Shown here one piece after another: positions 28,870 through 42,815 of a stretch of DNA of 64,000 nt (its first letter is position 1; each line of letters begins with the position of its first letter). The position numbers and the translations under genes are program-made. The DNA is from Eledone cirrhosa (Eukaryota). The notes below the pieces were generated by a model. It saw nothing but the letters and a program-made list of their open reading frames with translations. It was not told where the DNA came from and made no database searches. The stretch covers positions 51,522,001-51,586,000 of the forward strand of contig OZ024745.1 of assembly GCA_964016885.1 (NCBI GenBank). Direction: 5' to 3'.

Positions 28870-30053
28870 TGGCGGGAATGGAATAGTAGTGGCATTAAAT
28901 CAGAACAATAACAGCAATACTAACAATGCTAGCAGTAAATTAGTTGAAATAATCACAACATCAATATAAGTAAGACAGAGTATACTTATGACTTTAGCAT
29001 GTAAAACGAGCTGATATGAGGCAGATGTATGAGATTGACATGTAAAAGCTGTCATGGGGTGTATTATATATAGTGTAGAGATAAGCCGGGACTTTAAACA
29101 ATGTACCATTTCCTTTACCGTAGGTTTGCTGACCGTAAGAATTATTTATTATCTGACAGATAAAATATTTTCATTGTAGTGAGGATAGTAATTTTTATGG
29201 TGTGAAGTGGATTCAATATTTATGTGGTCTATATTAGATGAAGGGATTGTTAGTTCGAATCATGGGGTAGTTTAGCTTTCACATCATCAATAACATGCAT
29301 GTATAAGATAAGACTAACAGAGTAGCTATATAATAGGTAAGTTAATACAGAGGTTAAGGAAGCCATATATATATATATAGAGAGAGAGAAAACATGCTGA
29401 CTATAATTAAAACAACAGGAGGAAGGTGATGTTTTACGGACTGTGGTAGTAATCAAATAATGTACTTGGATTTAGGTTCATCTGTTGAGAATCAAGGGTG
29501 AGGAAGTTGTGTTGACAGCAGCTGTGAAGAGATATATTTGTGGGGTGATAAGATATTTGCAGACATTACTGTGGTATAGAATAAAGGAGGCTAGAAGCTG
29601 CTTAAAGAATATTATAGTTCTGTGGTGGTCTGTGTGAGTGTGGGTATTTCATATGTTGAATGCTATGTTATGTTGGTTCGATCCACGGTGGCTTAAATCT
29701 TGTTAATTTAGTAGCGATCCTGTGTCTGCAGAAAATTGACCTTTCTATCTTGTTGTTGAGTAGCCTTTTTTCATTCCTAAGGATATACAGTAATTCAAGG
29801 TGGCAGAGCCTACAATAGGACATACCGGTACTATATGCTCTTGCGGCCGACAACCTCGACCAGTTGATATTGTAGTTGATTATCTCGTTTTACATGCTAA
29901 AGTCAGAAATATACTCTATATCTTACTTAGATTGATGTTGTGATTATTTCAACCAATTTACTGCTAGCATTGTTAGTATTGTTGTTATTGTTCTGATTTA
30001 ATGCCACTACTATATATAGAAGCCATGCCTGTGTATTCCCTTCATTCTCGCAA

Positions 30054-30159
30054 GCTCTGATGAATTGACTGATTATAACTATGTATTGGTGTTCGATTGG
30101 CGCAGAAACAGGCGGGTAGCGATCTCTAGACCTACCAGTTCAGAGAAACAATTGTCAGT
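30054..30159 (+). ncRNA. Hammerhead ribozyme family C, inverted copy
   Basis: Same motif as 28764-28869 on the opposite strand; core intact. Confidence 0.75.
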
Positions 30160-30403
30160 AATGTGATTAAAGCCCTTATTGTTTAGCAAACCGTGTCACT
30201 CTTCTTTCTTGATTTATATATATATATATATATATATGTGTGTATATATATAAGAAGAAACAGGGGATGTGTAATGTGTAGTTGCTGGATAAGGTGGAAT
30301 TAAGAGGAAAGCACGAACGGGAGAACATTTTCTTTCATCAGTTGTCTGCTGGGGATCATGGAAATTTCCACGCAACAGATTATATATATATATAGCTTAA
30401 ACG

Positions 30404-30465
<62 letters not shown>

Positions 30466-32868
30466 CGTTTAAGCTTAATGAAAGTCTGTATAAACATGTA
30501 TAATACGTTTGTATACAATAGATATATGGGTAGCCTCACTGCCGAAGAAAACAAACTTTTCTTGACGAAACGAAAAAAAATATATATATATTTTCTCCAG
30601 TCTCCAGTTTCCTCTGTGAATATAATATCGAGTTTCTATGTTCTGAGAATGTCAAACAGCGTCGTTTCAGGATTTCTTAATCTTTTATCAGTGACACTCA
30701 CTCAAAACATACTGCTATGGAATAGAATGTGGTCAATATAAACCCTTTTCGTGATGATCCCCAGCTGGTGATGCACATTTGCTTACAGCAAGTAAAACCA
30801 TAGGCTGGAAATGGTCATCTGTATATAGTGCGATCAAGGCTGATCATATTTAATATATGAGCACATAACAATTACCGACCAGTCAGTATGTATAGTCCTT
30901 CTTCAACCCCTCTATCTCTCTTTCACTCTTTCTTGTTCACTCTATACATGAGCTATTCGTTAAATGTGACATCAGATCAACCAGCCAAAACATCAGGTAT
31001 TATACATTCGAAATATAATTTTCTTTGCATACTTTTTGATTACTTTCGTATTAAAATCGGGTATTCAGATATAAGGAGGAGGAATTTTGCTGAAATTTGA
31101 AATATTGATTCGATTGCTTAAGATTTTCAATTTTGTTATTAATACGAATATTTGAGGTTTCATTCTGTATTCATTTTTGAGGAATTCACAGATCTGTTCT
31201 CAACTTTGCATTATCTAAATATAATTCATGTACAGTATATTAGTACTTTATATATTCCGTCGCCAAACATTGGGAAGCTGTTCAGACCTGAAGGGAATGA
31301 TGTCGGTAGACCGAATATTATTGAATATACCAAACACCAAAGTATTACTACACAAATATATAAATAAAATTATATATGTGTATGTATGTATATGTGCGTG
31401 GGTTTTTGTGAGTTAGCATGTATATATATATATAACCTACAGAAAAGTAAATGCATAACTATGTACTCAAACATACATTGATACAGGGCTACCAAACATG
31501 GACGCGGTGCGCATTTGGGTAAGCTAGTGACTGTGCATGTGCGTGTTTATATTTATGCATGCAATGTATTTTACTCTAGATACAAAGAGCAAGTATAGTG
31601 ATAGGAAAACCTGAATTTCGTAGATTCTATGCTTCCAAAAGACATATACAAGCAATAAAATAACGAATATTATATATCTGATATTTTCCTTTTACAGGTT
31701 TTTTGAGAAAAATCAATACTAAATGGTATTTCTCTTACCATGATTTCATCTCACAGAATTTTCATTTGGATGCATTTCAAGATAAGTTCATGTATATTAA
31801 ACATAGTTGTAGATGACATATTCCACTCTATAAAAAAAACCCTTCTAAGCGTGTGAAAATCATGACGAAATTTATAAATATATTTATATTTTTTTCAGTG
31901 CATCACATAATACTTTATTCGGAAATGTTATATAAATGATAAATAAATTATTATTATTAATTCAATATATCATCCTAATATAAATCACTTAAAATGAATC
32001 AAATAATCCTTATTGGGATATGAATGATAATATTTGTGGCAGCTCTACGTCCCTCAGAATTTTTCATTACTATGCATGTCGTTATGAGTCAATATATTCA
32101 CTGATGTAGCACACGAATTTCAACGATGTCCCAAATCTGAATATGTTAATCAATTTTAAGGAAATTCAATAGTTAGAACCCCATCGTCCCTAACACTAAA
32201 TATCAACAATTCAAGAGAATTCAAGGAGAGACGAGAGAAATGAAGATCCACACAGATTGAATTTGGTATTTTATTACGAATTGTGACAGGAATAATTTTA
32301 AGATTAGTATAATCATTTGGCATTGTTCTCACACTGCAATAATGTCAAGCTAATATAATCTAAAAAAGGTTCTGGAACTGTCTGTAAAAATCTATATAAT
32401 ACAAAAATGAATGAAGAAATTAATTAAAACACAACATTAATGTATTATAATTATATACATATCCATTAGGTTCGAACATAATGGAATCAAATTCCCATTG
32501 TCAGTGCCTCCGTCTCTCTCTCGCTCTCCCCATCTCTCTCTATTATAAGCAAATGGGGGCGCATGCGCTGGTCTCCCCGCGGCCCCAGCGGATAGAATAT
32601 ACAAATATTTTTACCAGTTTTCTTTAGTTTCATGAGTATTTGCGCAGGAAACGCAAACACACAATTGTGTATTTGTGTCAGTGCAGGCCTGAGCCGATTG
32701 GATTGTGCGTTAATTGCACGTGCAGACAGATACCGGGATTTAAGACTCGAAACAATCACAATCGTTAAAACCGCCGGAGATTCAACGCTCGGACGATCAT
32801 ATATCTTTAAATCTGTTTATACATATATTAATACACACACACACACACAACAAATTTATATACATACT

Positions 32869-33125
<257 letters not shown>

Positions 33126-33830
33126 TGATATCTTGATATACATATTTTCATTGACGAGAAAGCAATCGAGTGATGTATCCTCATTATCATATTGACTATG
33201 TGCTTATCACTATGACAGCATGTTGATTGATTTAATTAATTTTTTTAATGTCAGATTTCTGTTTTTATATCTCAAACTACTGTCTGTTAATAATGAAGAT
33301 ACAATCTCGTATAGAATCCCGCGCCGTTCTTTAGCGAAGTGAGTGTAATATATATGATGCCATGCTCGTATGGTTCTGAATGCTCGTATAGATATAACAT
33401 TACATATTTTTTTAATCAAATTTTCATAGGTTATTATAAACATGAACAAAATTATCAAGACCTTATTGAATGAGTTAAAATAATTTGCATACAGTCAAGC
33501 ATGTAACCAACTGTATTTAATCAATATTACATTTTGTGGAATGTTTTAAATTTGGTGAAGTATTCAACAAGGGTTTTAAATCAGTAAAAAAAAAACAGTG
33601 AAACACATATAATCACCGTTTCGAGGTTTTGATTTGCTCGATCTATATTCAATATATGAAAGGTATTGGTGATTCTCAATAATTAATACGGCTGCGCTTC
33701 ACGAGCATTGAAATGTGAACTGATTTTTGCCATATTTGGAAAATTAAAAATGTTGTTATTTTAGTAAGATCACATAAAAGAGGTAGTATAAAGTTATATT
33801 CCGACTGTCAGTAACTAACTGCATCTCCAG

Positions 33831-33918
<88 letters not shown>

Positions 33919-34857
33919 TATGTGTGGTGTGTGTTTTGTGTATGTCTGCCTATGTGTATTTGTACGCACGTTGAGTACGCTTAGTGGTTCAATTTCTAAA
34001 CAAAAATACACAATATATGCAGTAGATTATATTTCGTTAGTAAAATCGATTTCATATGTCGTTTACCGATTCGATAAAACGTGAAAGACCACGCATCACT
34101 TTAAACTCTTAGAAGCTACGAAATAAATCAACATCTTTTTATAGATACATATCATACGCTTTAAATTCTTCACTCAATATTGTCATCTGCATGGTAAATA
34201 AAAAAAAAAACATATTTTCTTAATCTTAGGAAAATCATTATAAATTTCACAAATGATATTAATCTAAAAAACACGGCTGTTTTATCATGTAAGTGTCAGT
34301 GACTAGGCTATTGGCAAAATCTCAATATATAAGATCATTCCAAAAAATGATAATACTTTTGTTACCCGTGTACACCAAGTCTTCTACTAAAAAAATATTG
34401 CCGTAACATCGTGTTAATTTTCAAATCATAATTATAACGAATCCGTTATTGTAAGATAGAATAGCCTTATCGAATATTATCATTTATTTATATATCCAGC
34501 CACCCGTTGTCAATTTGTTCATAATTTCTGTTTCAAATATGTGATTGTACCATTAATGTAGTTAAACCAAAGTCGTTATAGCCGACTGTATATACAAATC
34601 AAAATATTTCCTGGTTTGTGCCAATATAAGCGCTTAATAATGCTTTTATTAACCACAAGGGTAATGAAAACTTTATTTATTAAAATCATTAATCGGAAAA
34701 CAACAGCAACAATAACAAAACAACAAAACCGATCACATTACCTTCATTGATAGCAGCAACGACCACCATGCCACTGTAACGTACACCACCACTATGACAT
34801 GTACACAACTCCAAGCCATGCAGGACCATGGTGCAGGCTGCACACTCTAATGGAAAC

Positions 34858-35100
34858 TACTGGAAAGGAAAGTCAAAGGAAAATCGCCTTGCAGGAATTG
34901 GCTTCATGGTCAGAGATTCCATCGACTCCAAACTGGCTCACCATCCGAAACGCCACAGTAACATCATGTTTCCATTTGCATCTTCAATCTCCAGCAAATG
35001 ATCATCACGCAAATTTTATATAGGATTTAATCTATTTTATGAGCGAGTGTCAACTGAGGAAAGATTAACAAATCATGAAAAAAATGCTTTCTGACTTTAT
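34858..35100 (+). pseudogene. RTE/BovB-like LINE AP-endonuclease relic
   Basis: YWKGKSKENRLAGIGFMVRDSIDSKLAHHPKRHSNIM matches the RTE 'FWSGK...GVGF.I..SI.SKL..P..HSDRIM' motif. Confidence 0.65.
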
Positions 35101-38100
35101 CAAAATATGTATGCAACTCTGTGATATATTCGGAAGGGCAAATAAAAAAAATTAATTTGTTTTCGTTACGAAAAATATCTTTTTCGGCAACGAATCTACT
35201 CCTGATTATTGTATATAAACGTATAGTATATGCTTAAATATATTGTCATACGCACTTCTATAAGTATATATATGCATATCTGTGTATGTATGTATGTGTG
35301 TGTCTGTGTGCATGAGTGTGTGTGTCGGTTTACATGTGAGTGAGGATGTATGAATATATATAAATACATATATATTCTCTCGAATTATCATAGAAGATTA
35401 TCTTTGAAATATGGGTTCATAATTATTATTTTTACACACAAGCCAACGGTACTGACTTTGTACCTTGGTAGGACATCAATGTGTCGCAAAATGCTCTGAA
35501 ATTATGATTGCGTATTGTATATTTCGCACAAGATTTCCCTGCTATATTTAGTATATTAAACGACAGTTTACAAGCTTAGGCCCTTAAATAATAAGATTAC
35601 TTTAGTTCCGCATTTCCTTAGTCATCATGAGTGTATATTTTCACCAATAAAAATATTTAGTGAATTGATACAATTCAGTTTAGTTCGGAATATGGAGGTT
35701 ATTCTGTTAATATTTTCCTGAATCATTCATAAATCGTTTCAAATATTTCTGAATTAGAACGAGATGATTGATGTTCCTATATTTCATTACTTACACAATT
35801 CTGACATGTATATAAAAAGTTCAATTTACAATTATTATCATCACGTATTTCATCAAATATAGTTCTAATATGACCTTTTCGATTTTAATAAACCTTTATT
35901 AATTCATACCAGTATGAATTATTATTTTGAGTGGTAAGATATTACTTAGAACTGAGACTGCATTAAAGATAGACAGATACATATGATATATACATCTATA
36001 TATGGATGTATGTATGTGTGTGTTTGTGTGTGTGTGTTTGTGTGTGGGTGGGGTATACATATGTAAAAGTATTTTTAAAGATTTAATTCTGTAATATTCA
36101 ACCTAACATAAAGGAGTTAGAATCCACCACCTAGATATATCTGGGTATTCTATGAATCTGATTAATTTCCACTCCGATAGCGCTATAGAAATACAATACT
36201 CTATGATTTCCCCTGAGCACCTTCGACATTATCTGACTCGAGAGGAGACCAAATCAGTTTAGACCTTAATGCCCCAGTATTAGATTGTCGGCTGACGTGG
36301 TCTTAATCAAGAATTAAGCCACTCAAATATATATTCCATTTTCCTCTTCAATGTGCACAGAGAATATCATTCATCGTGATTTAAGGCCTAATTAAATGAA
36401 ACAGAATCATATGTTCAACAAACAAAGGGACTTCAATAGAAAGATTATTGTTGATCAAACCTGGAGACATTGCTAATATGATAAAAACAAACACTTTGAG
36501 GACAATGAAATATGTAGATTTAAATTCCTACATATTGCATGTTGGCAAAATATTTATGCAAAATATTGAACTTTTTATATACTTGTCAAAGCACCAGCTA
36601 TTAGTCTTCCAACAACGAAATGCCTGTCTCGAATACATTAATGTTCAGAGAAATGACCAAATAATGCTGACAAGTTGTTCGGTTAATAAATTAAATCCTG
36701 GGCCAAATCTAGCACATTTCTGCTGTAGCATCAAGAAAATTGAAAATTGAACATTACTTGAAAGCTAAAAGAAGAGTGTTGTGATTTTATGAAATTTTTA
36801 GGGATCGTTTGGGAGTCATTGACAGAGAGAGAGAGGGGCAGAGAAGGAGAAAGAGAGGATGATAGAGAAAGTAAAACTGATAGGGAGATTAGAAATAGTA
36901 ATATCAAAGAAGCACATTGATGGGACTGTGGTATATTGTGTAAAGTATAACATTGAGGCATGGAGTACGTTCATAGTTTTTACATATAGCGTTAATTTCT
37001 GGGAAATAGCATACACTACTTCTAGATATATTTAATGGCAACAGGTCAGTATAATTTCGAATGTTCCAAAACTACGCATGATTCGGAGGTCAGCCACATG
37101 CGCTTTCCCACCTTGAAACGCCCAAATTTTATTGTATTAGCTACTCAATTGCAAAATAATCGAAGTTATATTTTCAAAATTACGTACGTATTTCCAACTG
37201 AGTAGGGGCTTTTATAATACTTACATTTACATGTATTGTCATTTCGAACACTAGTTGTTAGCATTCCAATCAAATATAAAACTTCTTATAGTATATGGCA
37301 ATATTTATTAACAAACGGAAGGAGAAATGCAAATTGAATTCACTATCACATTTGTATGTTACATGTTTGATAATTTCACGCAAATATGTTAAGTTTATTA
37401 GCAGATCTGAAAGAAATGTTACCTACATTTCACCCAAATCTAGCGCTACCTTATTTATATTAAAAACAACAAAACAAAGGAATGGTGACTTGTATGACAT
37501 GCAAATGCAAGCAACTAGGTGAGGTATAACACAAAGGCGTTTATAGTTCTGTTCGAAAAACCTAAGCTAAAGAATAAAAACAAAGTATCTTGTAACTAAA
37601 TTGAACGTAATATTTGTTCAATAACATGTATACACATGTATACCCCCCGCCCCAATATATATATATATCAAATAGAACGTCGATAACCGATGTTCAGTAG
37701 AATATTCAAGGAGGAGAGGATGCAATTATTGAACATCGTTTCCTTTTTGGTTTTTTATTTACTTTGGTATACACAACTTCTGCCTATGTAATATAAGAAG
37801 CAGTCATGGGAAATTTATCTAACATATTATGCTGATACTCAATATATTGAATATATTTCGTCTGTTCTTTAATATTAACGACAATTAAGCATCGATATAT
37901 TTACAGTGAATGCATTGTTGAGGTCAATTATTACCAGAGATTAAGGAAATATATTTTGTTTTATGTTTGATTATTATCGCAGGCCTTGTACCAAATTTGA
38001 TAATTTTAATTTTCTTGAAATTACTTGATTTGTTTTTTACAGTTGCTTTATGTCATATTCGTATTTCGATGATCTTTCAAGAGGATACATTATATTCAAG

Positions 38101-38698
38101 AGGATACGTCAGTTCTGCTAAAAGTGAAATTACAAAGCCTGGTGAAATTGACCTATGAAGCTACATTTACTGCTCAATCCCATGCCTAACATCAATGCTT
38201 TGCTATTCACTGCCACGGTGATCATGTTGCATGATAACGCTAACACTTAACTTTGATTTTATTCTTTGGAAAATGGTCTCTAGTATTGTTGTGTGTTACA
38301 ATTGTTTAAATATATGTTGTATTATCTTTATACATTCCTGCCACAAACGGTTTACTAATTACAATTTTACCTCAATCTACTATATTCTATTTGCTTCATA
38401 ATTTTTGTTTGGCTCTTTTATATTACATTTGTCTTTGAACCCAGTTTCCAATTACTTTTATTTGTTGTCGTTATCTGTATTTAGTGGGGTAGGAGACTAA
38501 GATATTGATTACTAGATTGGAAATGGGATCTGTACATGCAAAACAAACATTGAAAATAGGAACACTGGTAGTTATCCCAAATTCTTACGAGACATTTCAA
38601 AACAATGATATTCACTTACATACACACATACTGCAAAGCACAACTGCATTCACACACACACACGCAAAATATAAATGAGTATGTTGATAGTGTATATA

Positions 38699-38750
<52 letters not shown>

Positions 38751-38895
38751 TATTGAAGTTTCCGTTGAAAATTGAAAGTCAGAGCAATGAAGAGTGCTCT
38801 ATGTAAGTTACAGAACTAAATATTTAATTAAATTTATATATATATATAATATAAAACGGAAATTCAGTGATGCATCTGTACTCAATTTATTGTGT

Positions 38896-38975
<80 letters not shown>

Positions 38976-39002
38976 TATATATATATATAACACAATAAAT
39001 TA

Positions 39003-39056
<54 letters not shown>

Positions 39057-39060
<4 letters not shown>

Positions 39061-39965
39061 GGAATAGAATGAAACGAAATGTAAGTATGTATACGTACAT
39101 ACATATATGTATACAGACGTACAGTAGTATGTATGTATATATACATACATGCACACATATATATGCACGTATCGGTTTACGAACATTTATTATAATGATC
39201 GGTTGGTTTGTATGTAAACAAACAAACAGCCCGAATTACGCGGTACAGTGTTTAGGCAACCACGTCACCTTTTTGTTCAACACTGACAAAGGAACGATGT
39301 ACCCGGCCGAATAAACTTACTCGATATGCAAATTAGGCTGCTCAGCCGTTAATATGCATAAAGAAAGTATATACTTTCACACCGAGCATTATAATAAATG
39401 TTCGGTAAACCGATACGTGCATATATATGTGTGCATGTATGTATATATATACATACTACTGTACGTCTGTATACATATATGTATGTACGTATTCATACAT
39501 ACATACTTACATTTAAGTAAGTGCCGTACTAAGAGTGAGATATGGAATTTTGTTTCATTCTATTCCATTTATCGTTTTCGGTGTGCCCGGCCAACTGAAC
39601 TCACTCGATATGCAAATTAGGCTGCTCAGCCGTTAATATGCATAAGGAAAGTATATACTTTCACACGTTCAACCATCTGGTAGGAAGCTATACGATACTG
39701 ACGATAACTAATAAGCTTGAAACTAGTACACCATTCCTGTGTCAGTGCTGAACACAAAGGTGACGTGGTTGCCTAAACACTGTACGGCGTAATTAGGGCT
39801 GTTTGTTTGTTAACAAACAAACAAACCGAGCATTATAATAAATGTTCGGTAAACCGATACGTGCATATATATATATATGTGTGTGTGTGTGCATGTATGT
39901 ATATAAACACATACTACTGTACGTCTGTATACATATATGTATGTAGCTATACATACATACTTACA
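39057..39965. mobile_element. HHR family B locus: inverted partial unit plus ~1.5 tandem units (period ~444 nt)
   Basis: 39057-39302 is a minus-strand partial unit; ccgagcattataataaatgttcgg occurs at 39382 and 39826. A decayed HHR lies at 39692-39734. Confidence 0.82.
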
Positions 39966-40031
39966 CACACACACACATATATGTATATATATACATATAT
40001 ATAATTATTTGTCATTATTTTGAAATCTACT

Positions 40032-40177
40032 GGCGGTGGATTGGCAGTATCGATAGAGGGTCGGACACCATGCTTCGACGCATATAGTTACCGCCCTTAC
40101 CATTCTGAGTTCAAATCCCACCGAGGTTAACTTTGCCTTTCATCCTTCCGGGGTCGATAAAAGAAAGTACCAGTAAT
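40032..40177 (+). mobile_element. SINE, 3'-truncated
   Basis: Head, B box and core present. Confidence 0.88.
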
Positions 40178-40651
40178 CAACGAGGTAATTTGCATTCTGT
40201 ATATATCAATATTATCAACCCATCTATTCATAGACACATTTCAGCGGGTCTCACTATATACAGATCTACATTTATCATATTCTTCTTTTGTTTAGAGCCG
40301 AACTTATTATAAATGTCTGCTTGTGCGTGTATCTTTTTGAGTGAATGCAGGTGAGTCATTTCTCTGCGCATGTCTGCTTGTGACACGATACAAATTTCTC
40401 TATCGATACTTCGCCATCCTTTCATCTACACGTAGCGGTTAAGTCTGATACACAGACATTCCAATACATAAACACTTACGTAAAGGCATTGGCACAGACT
40501 GTCTAACGCATATATCTCTCTCTGTCAGCAAATGATTGTTCTAAACTAAAATTTGATCGTTTTAACACTTTGTATATATATATATAATATATATATATAT
40601 GAGACACGTAAAATAAGAAAATTATAAAATTAACTTACTTACTAAAATTTC

Positions 40652-40734
40652 ACTCCCAACTAATTAGTTTCTGAAAGGGAATAAACATACTTTCCGAAGA
40701 AGCGTACGGAGAAGCCTTTCGTCATCAGGGAAGT
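40652..40734 (-). ncRNA. Hammerhead ribozyme family F, copy 1
   Basis: ACUUCC-CUGAUGA-C-GAAAGG...cUUCGg...CCUUUC-A-GAA-ACU(AAUU)AGU-U-GGGAGU: 6-bp stem I, palindromic stem III, GUU site. Confidence 0.82.
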
Positions 40735-41175
40735 CTATTCTCAGCAAAGTTTCCAGGCAATACGTGGACACAGGGAACTTATAGAAAAATAATTCAGTGG
40801 ATGGAATAAAGCAAAGCGTGGACTAAATTCCAAGCCATTGAGAAAATCACTGTCTACTGCGTCGGTGGCAAATTCAAAAGAATCAATCACTTGACATCGA
40901 GGTCAATCAGTGGAGAGTGGTTTGTTAAGAAGACAGCAGCCGGACTGTTATTATAGCAGCAATTTTGGTCAATTTTGGCTCGACAAATAATTTGGAGATA
41001 ATTATAAAGAATTAGTATATCTAGTAACATATATATACACAGATGCATACTTATGCTAGCAAGTATATAGGTTTTGTCTTAGTAACATTGTGGTTCAATG
41101 CATGGGGTTACAGAACAATAATATGAGAGACGTAAAATAAGAAAATTATAAAATTAACTTACTTACTAAAATTTC

Positions 41176-41257
41176 ACTCCCAACTAATTAGTTTCTGAAA
41201 GGGAATAAACATACTTTCCGAAGAAGCGTACGGAGAGCCTTTCGTCATCAGGGAAGT
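41176..41257 (-). ncRNA. Hammerhead ribozyme family F, copy 2
   Basis: Same fold as copy 1; core intact. Confidence 0.82.
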
Positions 41258-41865
41258 CTATTCTCAGCTAAGTTTCCAGGCAATACGTGGACACAGGGAA
41301 CTTATACAAACATAATTCAGTGGATGGAAAAAAGCAAAGCGTGGACTAAATTCCAAGCCATTGAGAAAATCACTGCCTACTGCGTCGATGGCAAATTCAA
41401 AAGAATCAATCACATGACATCGAGGTCAATCAGTGGAGAGTCGTTTGTTAAGAAGACAGTAGCCGGACTGTTACTATAGCAGCAGTTTTGGCCAAATAAT
41501 TTGGAGATAATTATAAAGAATTAGTATATCTAGTAACATATATATACACAGATGCATACTTATGCTAGCAAATATATAGGTTTTGTCTTAGTAACATTGT
41601 GGTTCAATGCATGGGGTTCCAGAACAATAATATGAGAGACGTAAAATAAGAAAATTATAAAATTAACTTACTTACTAAAATTTCACTCCCAACTAATTAG
41701 TTTCTGAAAGGGAATAAACATACTTTCCGAAGAAGCGTACGGAGAGCCTTCCGTCAGCTAAGTTTCCAGGCAATACGTGGACACAGGGAACTTATAGAAA
41801 AATAATTCAGTCAGTGGATGGAAAATTTCACTCCCAACTAATTAGTTTCTGAAAGGGAATAAACA

Positions 41866-41917
<52 letters not shown>

Positions 41918-41919
<2 letters not shown>

Positions 41920-42724
41920 TTTCCTCTCTTTACGTTGCATTACTACTTTTGTTTGTTTACTGTCCCACTTTTTCCACCCAATTCGCTCTGTCCCAATAAC
42001 TTATTTTAGTTATTGCTCGCACTGATTTTGTGGTATCGCACTGATTTTGAAGTATCTGGTTTTTAATGCGAAGACATATCGATGATAGTCAGAAGATCAC
42101 TGATGATAGACAGTCCCGTTTCTCGCTCTATTTTCCTTTCATATGTATCACGCTTGCAACAACGCAGCACGCCATTTTTTCATTCATATATAATTTTTCC
42201 CCTCGCTGTGGTTCGTCTTTTTCTATCACTTTACTGCTATCCTCTTTCTCTCTCCTCCTTCTCTCTCTTTGTACCTCTTCTTTCATTCACTCTTTCTGCT
42301 GGTCTCCTTCTCTCGGCTGGCCTCTTCCTCACACTTCACTCACTCACTCTCTGCTGCTCCCCCTCTCTCACTTCCTCCCCCGTCTGGCCTGTGTGAAATC
42401 CTTTTCTTGCTCCCATTTCGCAAGGTTCGGACGCGTCTGCTGTCTTCTCGTCGATGATTTGGTCGAACTTAAGTTCACATGTATCATTGACTTGTCTCTC
42501 ATTTCCTCTCTTTACATTGCATTACTACTTTTGTTTGTTGACTGTCCCACTTTCTCCACCCAATTCGCTCTGTCCCAATAACTTATTTTAGGTATTTCTC
42601 GCACTGATTTTGAGGTATCTGGTCTTTAATGCAAAGAAATATCGATGATGGACAGTCTCATTTCTCGCTCTATTTTTCATTCATATGTATCACACTCGCA
42701 ACAACGTAGCATGCCATTTTTTCA

Positions 42725-42728
<4 letters not shown>
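41918..42728. repeat. Partial tandem duplication (~1.4 units, period ~580 nt) between (TA)n tracts
   Basis: atttcctctctttac...gccattttttcatt occurs at ~41919-42185 and ~42501-42726. Confidence 0.85.

Positions 42729-42815
<87 letters not shown>

Larger units (their letters stand above)
28538..30216 (-). mobile_element. Penelope-like family C: GIY-YIG 3' end, pseudo-LTR and inverted pseudo-LTR copy
   Basis: ORF 29668-29853 (ARAYSTGMSYCRLCHLELLYI..LLN..CRH). 29884-30216 is an inverted copy of 28707-29010. Both ends lie in (TA)n. Confidence 0.88.
40600..41866 (-). mobile_element. Retrozyme-like tandem array (family F; 524- and 509-nt periods; one HHR per unit), within (TA)n
   Basis: Near-identical units start at ~40601, ~41125 and ~41634, with a fragment at 41822. 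No ORF. An HHR lies on the minus strand of each unit. Confidence 0.85.
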
